A stretch of DNA of 64,000 nt from an uncultured Clostridia bacterium (GCA_944349655.1 CALVNL010000001.1:51809-115808), one strand, 5' to 3'; shown: positions 8,829 to 18,532, counted from the stretch's first letter. Translations and numbers: made by a program. Notes: generated by a model not told the origin, from the letters alone.

Positions 8829-10601
8829 ATGAATAAAGTTCTGTCGAGAGATTCTCTGCCCGATAGCAGAAAATGGAAACCTGAAGATATTTTGGCCGAA
8901 AGCGAAATCGAAAGATATTTTTCCGACGTAAGGGCGGGAATAACTGAAATCAGCGCATTTAAGGACAATCTCACACCTGCAAATACCTTGGAATGTTTGC
9001 TTACTTTGAGCAAAATTTCTTATAAATTAACTAAACTTTACGTTTATCTCAATCTGAAAAGCGATGAAGACAAGTCGGTTACCAGATATCAGGAACTTTG
9101 CGAAAAAGTATCGATGTTGGCTTCCGATTTTTCCGAAGCCTGTTCCTTTATACGTCCCACCGTTGCGAAATTCCCGGCGGCGGAACTGAAAAAAATGAGA
9201 GACAGCGAAAGTTTCGAATATTTCAGTATGGATTTAGACGGAATAATCCGCGACAAGAAGCGTTTACTCGGGAGGAAGGAAGAAGCGTTGCTTTCCATGG
9301 TCGGCACCTTTTCAGACGATTTCCGTACGATTTTCGGAATGTTCGACAACGTGGATATAAAAATGGGGGAGATAGAACTCAACGGGACGAAAGTTCCTTT
9401 AACGCACGGGACTTATTCCGTAGCATTGCAAAACCCCGACAAGAATGTCCGCAAACAGGCTTACGAGTCTATGTTCGACGCCTATATTTCCAATATAAAT
9501 ACCATTGCCGCAAATTATGCGGGAAACGTGAAAAGGGATTACTTTTACGCTAAAGTCAGAAAACATCCTACGTGTCTTGCCAAAGCGCTTTATGCGGAAA
9601 ACATACCCGTTAAAGTTTACGACAACCTCATTCAGGTTGTTAAAAAATACACGCCTTTAATGCACGAATATATCGCTTTAAGGAAAAAGGCTCTCGATCT
9701 TCCCGAACTCAATATGTACGACCTTTACGTTCCCATAGTCAAGGAAGACGCCGTTCTTACCGATTTCGACGAAGCGTACGGTATCGTATGCGAAGCCCTT
9801 GCGCCTTTGGGGGAGGAATATGTTTCTGTTCTGAAACGAGCCGTAAAGGAAGGTTGGATAGACGTGGAAGAGACGCCCAACAAACGCAGCGGAGCATATT
9901 CCTGGGGTGTTTACGGCACGCATCCGTTCGTTTTGTTGAATCACAAGGGCACCACCCACGACGTTTTTACCATCGCTCACGAAATGGGACACGCCATGCA
10001 TTCCTATTATTCCAATAAAAATCAGTGTTATGAAAAAGCCGATTATGTGATTTTCGTGGCGGAGATAGCCAGCACCGTTAACGAGGTTCTGCTTATAAAA
10101 CATCTTCTGAAAAACGCTTCCGGCGATAAAAGAAAGTACCTTTTGAGTTACTATATCGATATGATCCGCACCACTCTTTTCCGTCAGACTATGTTTGCGG
10201 AATTTGAAAAGTTTGCTCACGGAGTTATTGAAAGCGGAGAACCTTTAAGCGCCGAAAAAATGACCTCTTTCTACCGTAACCTTAATGCGGAATATTACGG
10301 AGACGCCGTAATTTCCGATGAAAGAATAGGTTATGAATGGGCAAGGATACCGCATTTTTACAGAGATTTTTATGTTTACAAATATTCTACGGGAATAATT
10401 TGCGCCATAAACATTGCAAATAAAATTTTATCGGAGGATAATTTCGTAGAAAAATATAAGATGTTTTTAAGTTCGGGTGGTAGTATGTATCCTATGGAGA
10501 TTCTGTCGCTTACCGACCTCGACCTTACTAAAAAAGCGCCTTTTGAAGCGGCTATGAAGGAGTTCGGAAAAATTCTGAAAGAATTGTCTAAACTGATATG
10601 A
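8829..10601 (+). CDS. pepF: oligoendopeptidase F (M3B metallopeptidase)
   Basis: 590 aa. Zinc motif HEMGHAMH. PepF-like throughout its length. Confidence 0.9.
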   Translation: MNKVLSRDSLPDSRKWKPEDILAESEIERYFSDVRAGITEISAFKDNLTPANTLECLLTLSKISYKLTKLYVYLNLKSDEDKSVTRYQELCEKVSMLASDFSEACSFIRPTVAKFPAAELKKMRDSESFEYFSMDLDGIIRDKKRLLGRKEEALLSMVGTFSDDFRTIFGMFDNVDIKMGEIELNGTKVPLTHGTYSVALQNPDKNVRKQAYESMFDAYISNINTIAANYAGNVKRDYFYAKVRKHPTCLAKALYAENIPVKVYDNLIQVVKKYTPLMHEYIALRKKALDLPELNMYDLYVPIVKEDAVLTDFDEAYGIVCEALAPLGEEYVSVLKRAVKEGWIDVEETPNKRSGAYSWGVYGTHPFVLLNHKGTTHDVFTIAHEMGHAMHSYYSNKNQCYEKADYVIFVAEIASTVNEVLLIKHLLKNASGDKRKYLLSYYIDMIRTTLFRQTMFAEFEKFAHGVIESGEPLSAEKMTSFYRNLNAEYYGDAVISDERIGYEWARIPHFYRDFYVYKYSTGIICAINIANKILSEDNFVEKYKMFLSSGGSMYPMEILSLTDLDLTKKAPFEAAMKEFGKILKELSKLI

Positions 10602-11464
10602 AAGAAATATATAAGAAAAGTTTTGCCTTAATCTTATTCTTAATTTTTGCCTTGACCGTCTGTTTAACGGCAATTCCCTCTTTCCCGTTTGCGGAAGCGG
10701 CTTCGGAGGATTACGGAATATACGGAGAAACCGATGGGATACCGGGAGTAGGGTACGATCTCGACGGATACGACGTTGCTTTTTCCTACCATAACTACAC
10801 TTTGCGAAACAGCGGAGTTTATTTTGCCTTTGTGGTAACTTTGGATAAGAATTTTCACAGAACCATTTCCAAAACAGAAAACAACGTGGCATACGATTGT
10901 CTTTTAATGGATAAGATAAAGCTGATTTTTTCATCGTTGGGGTATACGGTGGTAAGCGACGATTTCAACGGTCAGCTTTACGCTTATCTTTCTTACGATA
11001 CGATGACGGATTATTATATCGCAAACGGGCTTGACGGTTACGAAGTATCCGAGTCGGAAGCTACGGAAGACAAAGGTTTTCTCTTCACCGATTATTATAC
11101 CGAAACCGATACCGTGTTTTCCCTTATCGGGGCAGGCGACAACGTTATTGACGTTTGCGTAAATTTATGTAAGGAAGCCGGCGCGGCAGAAGACAAGATT
11201 TTACTTCGTTACGTTTACGGTACCCCTTACAAAATAATTACCAGCGACGCCGATTCGGTAACCTACAATTCGCAAAGAAGTCTGTACTTGCACAGTTTCG
11301 ATATGACGGTAGCCGATAAGGACAGACTTATACATTTTACTCAACACGCCCCTAACCCCGTCGGGTGGTACGTACTTGCCGTAATTATAGCCATTCCGGT
11401 CATTGCCGTACCTTTGACGATTATGATTATCAGGCGTAAGAAGAAACAGGAGGGAATACAATAA
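10598..11464 (+). CDS. hypothetical exported protein with N-terminal signal/anchor and C-terminal TM anchor
   Basis: 288 aa. Hydrophobic N-terminus ALILFLIFALTVCLTAIPSFPFAEA. C-terminal TM WYVLAVIIAIPVIAVPLTIMII followed by RRKKKQ. The start overlaps the pepF stop by 4 nt (ATGA) and the stop overlaps the dnaB start by 1 nt (TAATG). I recognise no family. Confidence 0.6.
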   Translation: MKEIYKKSFALILFLIFALTVCLTAIPSFPFAEAASEDYGIYGETDGIPGVGYDLDGYDVAFSYHNYTLRNSGVYFAFVVTLDKNFHRTISKTENNVAYDCLLMDKIKLIFSSLGYTVVSDDFNGQLYAYLSYDTMTDYYIANGLDGYEVSESEATEDKGFLFTDYYTETDTVFSLIGAGDNVIDVCVNLCKEAGAAEDKILLRYVYGTPYKIITSDADSVTYNSQRSLYLHSFDMTVADKDRLIHFTQHAPNPVGWYVLAVIIAIPVIAVPLTIMIIRRKKKQEGIQ

Positions 11465-12894
11465 TGGCAGAAAAAGCTATCGATAAAAGGAAATCCGATA
11501 AAAAACAAGTAAGGCGATTCCCCAACAATTTCGAAGCCGAGCAAAGTTTGCTTTGCTGTATGCTTATAGATTCCGACGCGGCACGCGAGGTATTGTCCGT
11601 ACTTCCCGAGGAGGGATTTTATAACTCGGTCAACCGTAACGTATATTCCGCAATGCGCACTCTTTACAAAAAAGGCGACGCGGTGGATTTCATAAACGTT
11701 TACGACGCAATGCAGGCTGCGGGAACGTCCGACGACAAAACTCTCGATTATCTCACCACGCTTAACAATCTGTTTCCCTCGGCGGTGCATTACAAGCAAT
11801 ATAAAAAAATTCTCGTCAGGGATATGGTGCTTCGTAACGTTATAAAAGCAGGTGAGTCGATTATAGACGAAGCTTACGAAAATTCCGATGAGGACGAAGT
11901 TATTAGAAAAGCAGAGAAACTGGTGTACGACCTTTCGAAAGATATGCGTACCGGCGGACTGGTACACGTATCCGACTCGGCGGCTGAAGTTCTGAACAGA
12001 ATAGATACGCTTATGAGCGACTCCGGCGCGTTAAGGGGACTGAATACCGGTTTCCGTCGTTTCGACAAGGTGACGAACGGACTTCAGAACGGCAATCTCG
12101 TTATTCTCGCCGCTCGTCCGTCCGTAGGTAAAACGGCATTCGCCCTTAATATAGTGGCAAATGCGGTTAAAAGTTCCAAAACTCCGAGATGTATCGCTAT
12201 ATTTTCTTTGGAAATGGCGTCAAGGGAAATCGCGCAGAGACTTATAAGCAATATGGGCGGAATATCGATGAACGATCTTAATTCCGCTTCTTTCAGAGGG
12301 GACGGACAGTCCAGGTTATGGAAAGTCATAAAAACCCTTTCGGAAACCAAAATTTACATAAACGATTCTTCTTTGATAACACCGCAGGAGGTCTTAAGTC
12401 AGTGCCGTAAGTTAAGCGCGGAACAACCTTCGGGAAGAGTCGATCTCGTGGTAGTGGACTATCTGCAGCTTATGAGTTCCGGTTCGTCCACCCGTGGAGA
12501 GGACAACCGTCAGCAGGAAATCGCGAGAATGAGCCGTCTTATGAAGGTTATTGCAAGGGAACTGAATTGTCCGGTAATTTTGTTGAGTCAGATGTCGCGC
12601 GGAATAGAACGCAGGGAAACCAAAACTCCTCAGCTTTCCGACTTGAGAGAATCGGGAGCTATAGAGCAGGACGCAGATATAGTTATGTTCCTTTACAGAG
12701 AGTTCGAGGAAGAAAAACACGCTTCTCCGATAATTCTCGACTTGCAGAAGCACAGAAACGGAGAATTGGCAAGGATAAGATTAAGCTGGCAGGGAGAAAT
12801 CATGACTTTCACCGAAAGCGACGATCAGCACGAACCGACACCCTCGGCAAAACCTCGTAAAAGCCAACCCCGCGAAGAGGAAAGCGAGGAATAA
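11464..12894 (+). CDS. dnaB: replicative DNA helicase (DnaB family; DnaC in B. subtilis nomenclature)
   Basis: N-terminal PNNFEAEQSLLCCML. Walker A ARPSVGKTAFALN. RecA-like C-domain. 476 aa. Confidence 0.95.
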   Translation: MAEKAIDKRKSDKKQVRRFPNNFEAEQSLLCCMLIDSDAAREVLSVLPEEGFYNSVNRNVYSAMRTLYKKGDAVDFINVYDAMQAAGTSDDKTLDYLTTLNNLFPSAVHYKQYKKILVRDMVLRNVIKAGESIIDEAYENSDEDEVIRKAEKLVYDLSKDMRTGGLVHVSDSAAEVLNRIDTLMSDSGALRGLNTGFRRFDKVTNGLQNGNLVILAARPSVGKTAFALNIVANAVKSSKTPRCIAIFSLEMASREIAQRLISNMGGISMNDLNSASFRGDGQSRLWKVIKTLSETKIYINDSSLITPQEVLSQCRKLSAEQPSGRVDLVVVDYLQLMSSGSSTRGEDNRQQEIARMSRLMKVIARELNCPVILLSQMSRGIERRETKTPQLSDLRESGAIEQDADIVMFLYREFEEEKHASPIILDLQKHRNGELARIRLSWQGEIMTFTESDDQHEPTPSAKPRKSQPREEESEE

Positions 12895-12929
12895 AATTAC
12901 ATAATACGCTAAATTCGGCGAATAAAAGT

Positions 12930-12958
12930 TTGCAAATGCATATTTTTTATGCTATTAT
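12930..12958 (+). promoter_or_regulatory. sigma-A promoter for tig
   Basis: TTGCAA (12930-12935), 17 nt, TATTAT (12953-12958). Confidence 0.55.
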
Positions 12959-13010
12959 AAACAGACTGGAGAAAATTCGAACAGAAGGAAAAATACGGAG
13001 GTAAACATAA

Positions 13011-14264
13011 ATGGAATATTCAGTTCAGAATTTAAGCAAATCCAAAGTGGAAATTGCTATCGACGTCAATAAAGAAGAATGGACTGCCGACGTCAAGCAG
13101 GCTTATGAAAAAAACAAACATAAATACGCCATAGACGGTTTCCGCAAGGGCAAAGTACCTATGAACGTTTTGGTAAAGCGTTACGGAATAGAATTTTTCT
13201 ATGAAGAAGCCATAGACGCCACTCTTTCCAAACATTATGCCGATATCATCAAAAACGACAATCTGGACGTGGTCGGAGACCCCAGTGTGGATATTAAAGA
13301 AATAAGCGAAGACGGAGTTAAAGCCGTTATTACCGTTGCCGTAAAACCCGAATTCGAACTCGGACAGTATAAAGGTATTACTTTCAAGATGGATTCCACC
13401 GAAGTTACCGACGAAGATATTCAGGCGGTTATCGACAAGGAACTCAACGCCAGAGCCCGTCTGGTGGAAAAATCCGAAGGCGCTTTGGAAAAAGGAGACA
13501 CCGCAATACTCGACTACAGCGGAAGCGTGGACGGAGTGAAATTCGAAGGAGGTACCGCCGAAAATCAGCGACTGGAGATAGGAAGCGGAGCGTTTATTCC
13601 CGGATTCGAAGATCAGCTCATCGGTATGAAAATAGGGGAAAGCAAAGATATCAACGTTAAGTTCCCCGAGCAGTACACCCCCGTCCTTGCGGGAAAAGAC
13701 GCTGTATTCGCTATCAAAATAAACGGTATTCAGCATAAAGAACTGCCCGTTCTGGACGACGAATTCGTGAAAGATATCGACGACGAGCTCAACACCGTAG
13801 CGGAATGGAAGGAAAAAATCAAGAGCGAACTTGCACCCAAGAAAATCGAACAGGCAGGTTACAAACTGGAAAACGAAATGATAGACGCTATCGTCAAGAA
13901 CACCGAAATCGATATTCCCGAATGTATGGTGGACGAAGAACTCGATTACAGAGTGCAGGAACTGGAACACAGTATGGCGCAATACGGACTTAAGTTCGAA
14001 GATTACCTGAAATATACCGGAACCACGGTGGAAGAAATCAAGGCAGAGAAACGCAACGAAGCTTACGCCAACATCAAATCCCGCCTTGTAATGGAAGCCA
14101 TCGTCAAGAAGGAAAATATCGACGTACCCGCAGAAGAACTCAATGCCGAATTCGACAAGCTGGACGAAAAACAAAAGAATCCGCAATATATGAGTTATAT
14201 CGCCAACAAACTTCTGGTAGACAAATTATTCGCATTCTTAAAAGCTAATAATAATATAGAATAA
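13011..14264 (+). CDS. tig: trigger factor
   Basis: 417 aa. Ribosome-binding N-domain and an FKBP core with GFIPGFEDQLIGMK. Confidence 0.95.
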   Translation: MEYSVQNLSKSKVEIAIDVNKEEWTADVKQAYEKNKHKYAIDGFRKGKVPMNVLVKRYGIEFFYEEAIDATLSKHYADIIKNDNLDVVGDPSVDIKEISEDGVKAVITVAVKPEFELGQYKGITFKMDSTEVTDEDIQAVIDKELNARARLVEKSEGALEKGDTAILDYSGSVDGVKFEGGTAENQRLEIGSGAFIPGFEDQLIGMKIGESKDINVKFPEQYTPVLAGKDAVFAIKINGIQHKELPVLDDEFVKDIDDELNTVAEWKEKIKSELAPKKIEQAGYKLENEMIDAIVKNTEIDIPECMVDEELDYRVQELEHSMAQYGLKFEDYLKYTGTTVEEIKAEKRNEAYANIKSRLVMEAIVKKENIDVPAEELNAEFDKLDEKQKNPQYMSYIANKLLVDKLFAFLKANNNIE

Positions 14265-14319
14265 GGATTATAATATTACGGTCTCGTTGAAAACGTAACC
14301 GTCGCAAAAGGAGGAGATT

Positions 14320-14904
14320 ATGTCCATACCTTTCGTAATAGAGAAAGACGCGAGAAGCGAAAGAACATACGATTTATACTCCCGCTTACTGGAAGACAGA
14401 ATAGTCTTCCTGAGCGGCGAGATAAATTTTCAGACTGCGAGCAGCGTGGTGGCGCAGCTCCTTTATCTGGAAACAAAGGACCCGAACAAGGATATATTCC
14501 TTTATATAAACAGTCCCGGCGGTTCGGTCACCGACGGAATGGCTATTTACGACACAATGAACTATATCAAATGCGACGTTAGCACCATTTGCGTGGGTTT
14601 TGCCGCAAGTATGGGAGCGTTCCTTCTGAGTTCGGGAACAAAAGGCAAACGTTATGCTTTGCCTAACAGCGAAATAATGATTCATCAACCCAGCGGAGGC
14701 GTTTCGGGACAGGCGAGTGAAATAGCTATCGTCGCGGAGCATATATTGAAGACAAGGGCAAAAATGAATCGTATTCTTGCCGAAAACACTTCGCAACCTC
14801 TGGAAAAAATAGAACGCGACGTGGATCGCGATTATTATATGGACGCAGAGGCGGCGTTGGAGTACGGCATTATCGATAAAGTTTACAAGACCCGCAAGGA
14901 GTAA
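14320..14904 (+). CDS. clpP: ATP-dependent Clp protease proteolytic subunit
   Basis: 194 aa. Catalytic regions [11 protein letters not shown] and MIHQPSGG. Confidence 0.97.
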   Translation: MSIPFVIEKDARSERTYDLYSRLLEDRIVFLSGEINFQTASSVVAQLLYLETKDPNKDIFLYINSPGGSVTDGMAIYDTMNYIKCDVSTICVGFAASMGAFLLSSGTKGKRYALPNSEIMIHQPSGGVSGQASEIAIVAEHILKTRAKMNRILAENTSQPLEKIERDVDRDYYMDAEAALEYGIIDKVYKTRKE

Positions 14905-14905
14905 T

Positions 14906-16165
14906 ATGATTAACAATATCGAAGTTGACAGCAATAAATGTATATTCTGCGGACGGACTGCCGACGACGGCGTTACGCTTATTGCGGGCGCGCAAGGCGT
15001 TTCCATCTGTAATTTATGCGTTAAAAGAGCTTACGACATTCTGGACGAAATAGCGGTTATCAGCGGTGAAAAACCCGAAAAGACCGAAGTGAAAGGCGAA
15101 CTTCCCACGCCTAAAGATATTAAAGAACGTCTGGACGAAAGCATAGTGGGGCAGGACAGCGCCAAAAAAATTCTTTCCGTAGCTGTTTATAATCATTATA
15201 AAAGAGTTATGGACTCCAAAAGCGATAACGGAGACGTCAAGCTGGAAAAGAGCAACGTTTTGATGCTCGGACCTACCGGTAGCGGAAAGACTTTGCTTGC
15301 AAGGACTCTTGCCGACATAATCAACGTACCTTTCTGCGTGGCGGACGCCACCACATTGACCGAAGCCGGATATGTCGGAGAGGACGTGGAGAATATTCTT
15401 CTGAAACTTATACAGGCAGCCAACGGCGACGTTAAGAAAGCCGAAATGGGGATAGTTTATATCGACGAAATCGATAAAATCTGCCGTAAAACCGAGAACG
15501 TCAGCATTACCAGAGACGTAAGCGGAGAGGGTGTGCAACAGGCTTTACTCAAAATTTTGGAATCCACCGTGGCTAACGTACCTCCGCACGGCGGCAGAAA
15601 ACATCCGCAGGAAGATTTTATTCAGATAGACACCACCAACATTTTGTTTATCTGCGGCGGAGCTTTCGTGGGACTTGAAAAAGTGGTTGACAAGAGAAAA
15701 GACAGTTCTTCTCTCGGTTTCGGCGGAGTGTTGAAAGAAAGAGAAAATATGTATTCGGAAAATATTCACGAGTTACAGCCCGACGATCTTATAAAATACG
15801 GACTTATTCCCGAGTTCGTGGGCAGAATGCCCATAATCGCCGCACTCGATCCTTTGACGGAAGATGACCTGGTGCGTATTCTGACCGAACCGAAAAATTC
15901 CATAGTGAAGCAGTATAAGAAAATGCTGAAACTTAACGACGTCGAACTGGAATTTACCGAGGACGCACTTAAAGCGGTAGCTCAAAAATCCATAGCGCTT
16001 AAAACAGGCGCCAGAGGTCTTCGCGCCATTGTGGAAAAAATAATGCTGGACGTTATGTACGACATACCGTCGGATAAATCCGTTACTTCGGTTACGGTTA
16101 CCGAGGATTGCGTTAAAAGGAACGCACCGCCCGTTATAGTCAGGGACAGAAAAGAAACGGCTTAA
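14906..16165 (+). CDS. clpX: ATP-dependent Clp protease ATP-binding subunit ClpX
   Basis: Zinc ribbon CIFCG...CNLC. Walker [19 protein letters not shown] motif. Confidence 0.97.
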   Translation: MINNIEVDSNKCIFCGRTADDGVTLIAGAQGVSICNLCVKRAYDILDEIAVISGEKPEKTEVKGELPTPKDIKERLDESIVGQDSAKKILSVAVYNHYKRVMDSKSDNGDVKLEKSNVLMLGPTGSGKTLLARTLADIINVPFCVADATTLTEAGYVGEDVENILLKLIQAANGDVKKAEMGIVYIDEIDKICRKTENVSITRDVSGEGVQQALLKILESTVANVPPHGGRKHPQEDFIQIDTTNILFICGGAFVGLEKVVDKRKDSSSLGFGGVLKERENMYSENIHELQPDDLIKYGLIPEFVGRMPIIAALDPLTEDDLVRILTEPKNSIVKQYKKMLKLNDVELEFTEDALKAVAQKSIALKTGARGLRAIVEKIMLDVMYDIPSDKSVTSVTVTEDCVKRNAPPVIVRDRKETA

Positions 16166-16172
16166 AAATTGG

Positions 16173-16197
16173 AAGGCGGTAATTATACCGCCTTTTT
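16173..16197 (+). terminator. intrinsic terminator after clpX
   Basis: Stem aaggcggta / taccgcctt with a 4-nt loop and a T-run. Confidence 0.75.
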
Positions 16198-16208
16198 CGG
16201 AGAAAAAT

Positions 16209-16826
16209 ATGATTATAAAAAATGCCGAATTCGTAAAGAGCGTAGGGGACTCGTCTCAGATAAATTTACAGACTTTGCCGGAAATAGCGGTCGCAGGTAA
16301 ATCCAACGTAGGGAAGTCTTCGTTTATAAATTTTATTTGCAATAACAAAAGACTTGCTAAAACTTCCAAGGAACCCGGACGGACGAGACTTCTTAATTAT
16401 TTTGTGGTGAATAAAGGCGAATTTAATTTAGTGGATTTGCCGGGATACGGATTTGCCAAGGTAAGTTTTGCCGAGAAGGCTAAGTGGGGTAAACTCATAG
16501 AAGATTATTTCCGCAACTCCAAAAATCTCAAAAACGTTTTTCTTTTACTGGATATTCGTCACAATCCCACCGAAGACGATATGCAAATGATAAAATATCT
16601 GTATTTTTACCGCATACCGTTTACAATCATCGCAACTAAAGCGGATAAACTAAGTAAAAGCGCCGCTCAACGCAACAAAAAAGCCATAGCGGATTACATA
16701 GGAATAGGTTGTGACGACATTTATCTGTGTTCTTCTTCGGAAAAAACAGGCAGAGAAGCCGTTTATGCTCGTATCGAAGCGATATTGCAGGCGGAAAGCG
16801 TCATTACGGACGCATCGGACGATTAA
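16209..16826 (+). CDS. engB: ribosome biogenesis GTPase YsxC/EngB
   Basis: GKSNVGKSSFIN, DLPGYGFAK, TKADK. Conserved position after clpX. Confidence 0.9.
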   Translation: MIIKNAEFVKSVGDSSQINLQTLPEIAVAGKSNVGKSSFINFICNNKRLAKTSKEPGRTRLLNYFVVNKGEFNLVDLPGYGFAKVSFAEKAKWGKLIEDYFRNSKNLKNVFLLLDIRHNPTEDDMQMIKYLYFYRIPFTIIATKADKLSKSAAQRNKKAIADYIGIGCDDIYLCSSSEKTGREAVYARIEAILQAESVITDASDD

Positions 16827-16846
16827 ACTTAAAAACATTCCGCTTC

Positions 16847-16874
16847 ACATAAATACTTCTCCCTTCATAAGATG
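16847..16874 (+). promoter_or_regulatory. mother-cell-type (sigma-K/sigma-E-like) promoter candidate
   Basis: AC (16847-16848), 17 nt, CATAAGATG (16866-16874), compared with the Bacillus sigma-K consensus AC-17-CATAnnnTA. An AGGGAG SD lies at 16891-16896. The evidence is weak. Confidence 0.3.
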
Positions 16875-16903
16875 TATTAGATATAAAAAAAGGGAGATAT
16901 GTT

Positions 16904-17506
16904 ATGGCTTGCAATATTAAAAACTGTAATACTCCCGCAATATGTTGTACCGGCAATAACGCATGCGAAAAAACTTGCATAGAGGCTACTAAAGTTTTTG
17001 ACGCCTGTATGCAACAGCAGAGTATCAATACTACTCTCAACGTAACTTTTTCCGGAAGCACCTCGGGCTACGATACCGTAGTCGGGGTCAGAAGCTCGGG
17101 GGAGGCCGTGATAAGCGACCTGGTGATTACCCCGATAGCAGGAAGCGTTTGTTCGAGAGTAAGTTATACTTTGACGGTGCCGATTGTCGTTGTGGCAGCA
17201 AATTCAGCGGGAACACAAATCACCGGTACATCTTCTATGACGTTCAGCCAGGACATTGTCATGAAGGTACCTTCCGACGGAGTGATTGCTCCGTTCATTA
17301 AGGCGACGGCAGTTATCGTCGGGTTACAGAATTCCATATCCGGGAATCAGGTTACAACTAATGCTTGTGTCACCATTATTACAAAAGTAGTGGCAGACGT
17401 AATACTGGTAGTCTCGGCTTACGGATATCCGGTTTTGCCGCCTTGTCAGGAATATACGCAAGACGTTTGCTCCGGCGTGTTCAGTACCCCGGTATTTCCG
17501 CGGTAG
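16904..17506 (+). CDS. Cys-rich, Thr/Val/Ser-rich hypothetical protein (candidate spore-surface structural protein)
   Basis: 200 aa. Eight Cys lie in the first 35 residues (MACNIKNCNTPAICCTGNNACEKTCIEATKVFDAC), then a long beta-strand-like V/T/S/I-rich body, then a C-terminal PPCQEYTQDVC. Good SD, with its own terminator. Confidence 0.6.
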   Translation: MACNIKNCNTPAICCTGNNACEKTCIEATKVFDACMQQQSINTTLNVTFSGSTSGYDTVVGVRSSGEAVISDLVITPIAGSVCSRVSYTLTVPIVVVAANSAGTQITGTSSMTFSQDIVMKVPSDGVIAPFIKATAVIVGLQNSISGNQVTTNACVTIITKVVADVILVVSAYGYPVLPPCQEYTQDVCSGVFSTPVFPR

Positions 17507-17545
17507 GAGCAGTAAAATACAAAGGACGCGGTTTTAAGATGACTG

Positions 17546-17580
17546 AGGCTTACGCTCAATGCGTAAGCCTTTGGTGTTTT
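17546..17580 (+). terminator. intrinsic terminator after the Cys-rich gene
   Basis: Perfect 10-bp stem aggcttacgc / gcgtaagcct, loop tcaat, then ttggtgtttt. Confidence 0.75.
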
Positions 17581-17591
17581 GGGCTATTATG

Positions 17592-17620
17592 TTGCTTTCG
17601 GGAAGCTGATATGGTATCAT
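17592..17620 (+). promoter_or_regulatory. sigma-A promoter (extended -10) abutting the metallophosphoesterase ATG
   Basis: TTGCTT (17592-17597), 17 nt, TGgTATCAT (17612-17620). The ATG at 17627 is 6 nt downstream of the -10 and there is no SD. Confidence 0.45.
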
Positions 17621-17626
17621 ATCGAT

Positions 17627-18319
17627 ATGAAAGTATATGCGATAAGCGATTTTCACCTGTCCAACGGCACAGATAAACCTATGGACGTTTTCGGCGAAAA
17701 ATGGGTAGGACATTGGAATAAAATATCCGACGAGTGGAAAAAGACGATTACCGACGAAGACATAGTGCTGTCCGCCGGAGATACCTCGTGGGCAATGAAT
17801 CTTTCCGAAGCTCTTCCGGATCTCGCCGCAATAGACGCTTTGCCCGGGAGAAAATTTATAATCCGCGGAAACCACGATTATTGGTGGAGCAGCTATAAAA
17901 AAATCAACGACTGCGGCTTCGAAAGTATAAGTTTTATTCAGAACAACGCGTTTACCGCAGGCGATTACGTGATTTGCGGGACGAGAGGTTGGACCGTTTC
18001 GGATACGGAATTGCCGGAAGACGAGAAAAAAATATACGCACGCGAATTGCTCAGGTTGGAGATGACCTTGAAAGAAGCAGAAAAATCGGCTTCTACAGGC
18101 AAGAAGATTTTGCTTCTTATGCATTATCCGCCTTTTAATTCCCGTTTCGAGGATTCGGATTTTACGAAAGTTATCGACAGGTTCAAGGTGGATAAGGCAA
18201 TTTACGGACATCTACACGGCACTCGTTCGAGGTATGCTGCCGAAATAAAGAAAGGAAACACCGAGTACGTTTTGACGAGTTGCGATTTTCTGAATTTCGT
18301 TCCTCTCAGGATTTATTGA
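17627..18319 (+). CDS. metallophosphoesterase family protein
   Basis: Classical motifs: SDFH, AGDTSW, RGNHDYWW, LLMHYPP, YGHLHG. I prefer ATG 17627 because the track start at 17579 lies inside the upstream terminator. Confidence 0.75.
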   Translation: MKVYAISDFHLSNGTDKPMDVFGEKWVGHWNKISDEWKKTITDEDIVLSAGDTSWAMNLSEALPDLAAIDALPGRKFIIRGNHDYWWSSYKKINDCGFESISFIQNNAFTAGDYVICGTRGWTVSDTELPEDEKKIYARELLRLEMTLKEAEKSASTGKKILLLMHYPPFNSRFEDSDFTKVIDRFKVDKAIYGHLHGTRSRYAAEIKKGNTEYVLTSCDFLNFVPLRIY

Positions 18320-18344
18320 CGCAAAAAAAGTATTAAGTCTTTAC

Positions 18345-18369
18345 ACCGTCCCTTGGACGGTTTTATTTT
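18345..18369 (+). terminator. intrinsic terminator after the metallophosphoesterase gene
   Basis: Stem accgtc(c) / (g)gacggt followed by ttttatttta. Confidence 0.6.
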
Positions 18370-18414
18370 ATCCTTTCGACAAAATATTTTAGGGATAAAT
18401 TTCCACTAAAAATA

Positions 18415-18443
18415 TTGCATAATTTATTTGATAATGATACAAT
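18415..18443 (+). promoter_or_regulatory. distal sigma-A promoter candidate upstream of mraZ
   Basis: TTGCAT (18415-18420), 17 nt, TACAAT (18438-18443). Confidence 0.4.
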
Positions 18444-18502
18444 AATTAAAGAAAGTAAACATAAAATTTTTTTATTGCAAAAATTTTTCAAAATAAATTA
18501 TT

Positions 18503-18532
18503 AAAAGTGGTTGAAAATGGAAAATTTCTGTG
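18503..18532 (+). promoter_or_regulatory. candidate MraZ operator: three direct repeats at 10-nt phase overlapping the proximal promoter
   Basis: AAAGTGG (18504-18510), AAAATGG (18514-18520), and a degenerate TTCTGTG (18526-18532), about 10 nt apart. Confidence 0.4.

Noticed and set aside
13032-14186. 384-aa ORF on the minus strand, antisense to tig.
   Set aside because: It lies entirely inside the well-supported trigger factor gene. Its product is Phe/Val/Gly-rich low-complexity sequence, as expected from reading GAA/AAA/GAC-rich codons backwards. It has no SD or promoter context.
14265-14319. Possible CtsR operator or terminator between tig and clpP.
   Set aside because: There is no GGTCAAA direct repeat. 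Only a weak 5-bp acggt/accgt pairing is present, without a U-tract.
16904-17506. The Cys/Thr/Ser-rich N-terminus suggested a RiPP (lanthipeptide or sactipeptide) precursor.
   Set aside because: The ORF is 200 aa with a large structured-looking body. No modification enzyme, protease or immunity gene is adjacent, and the neighbours are engB and a metallophosphoesterase.
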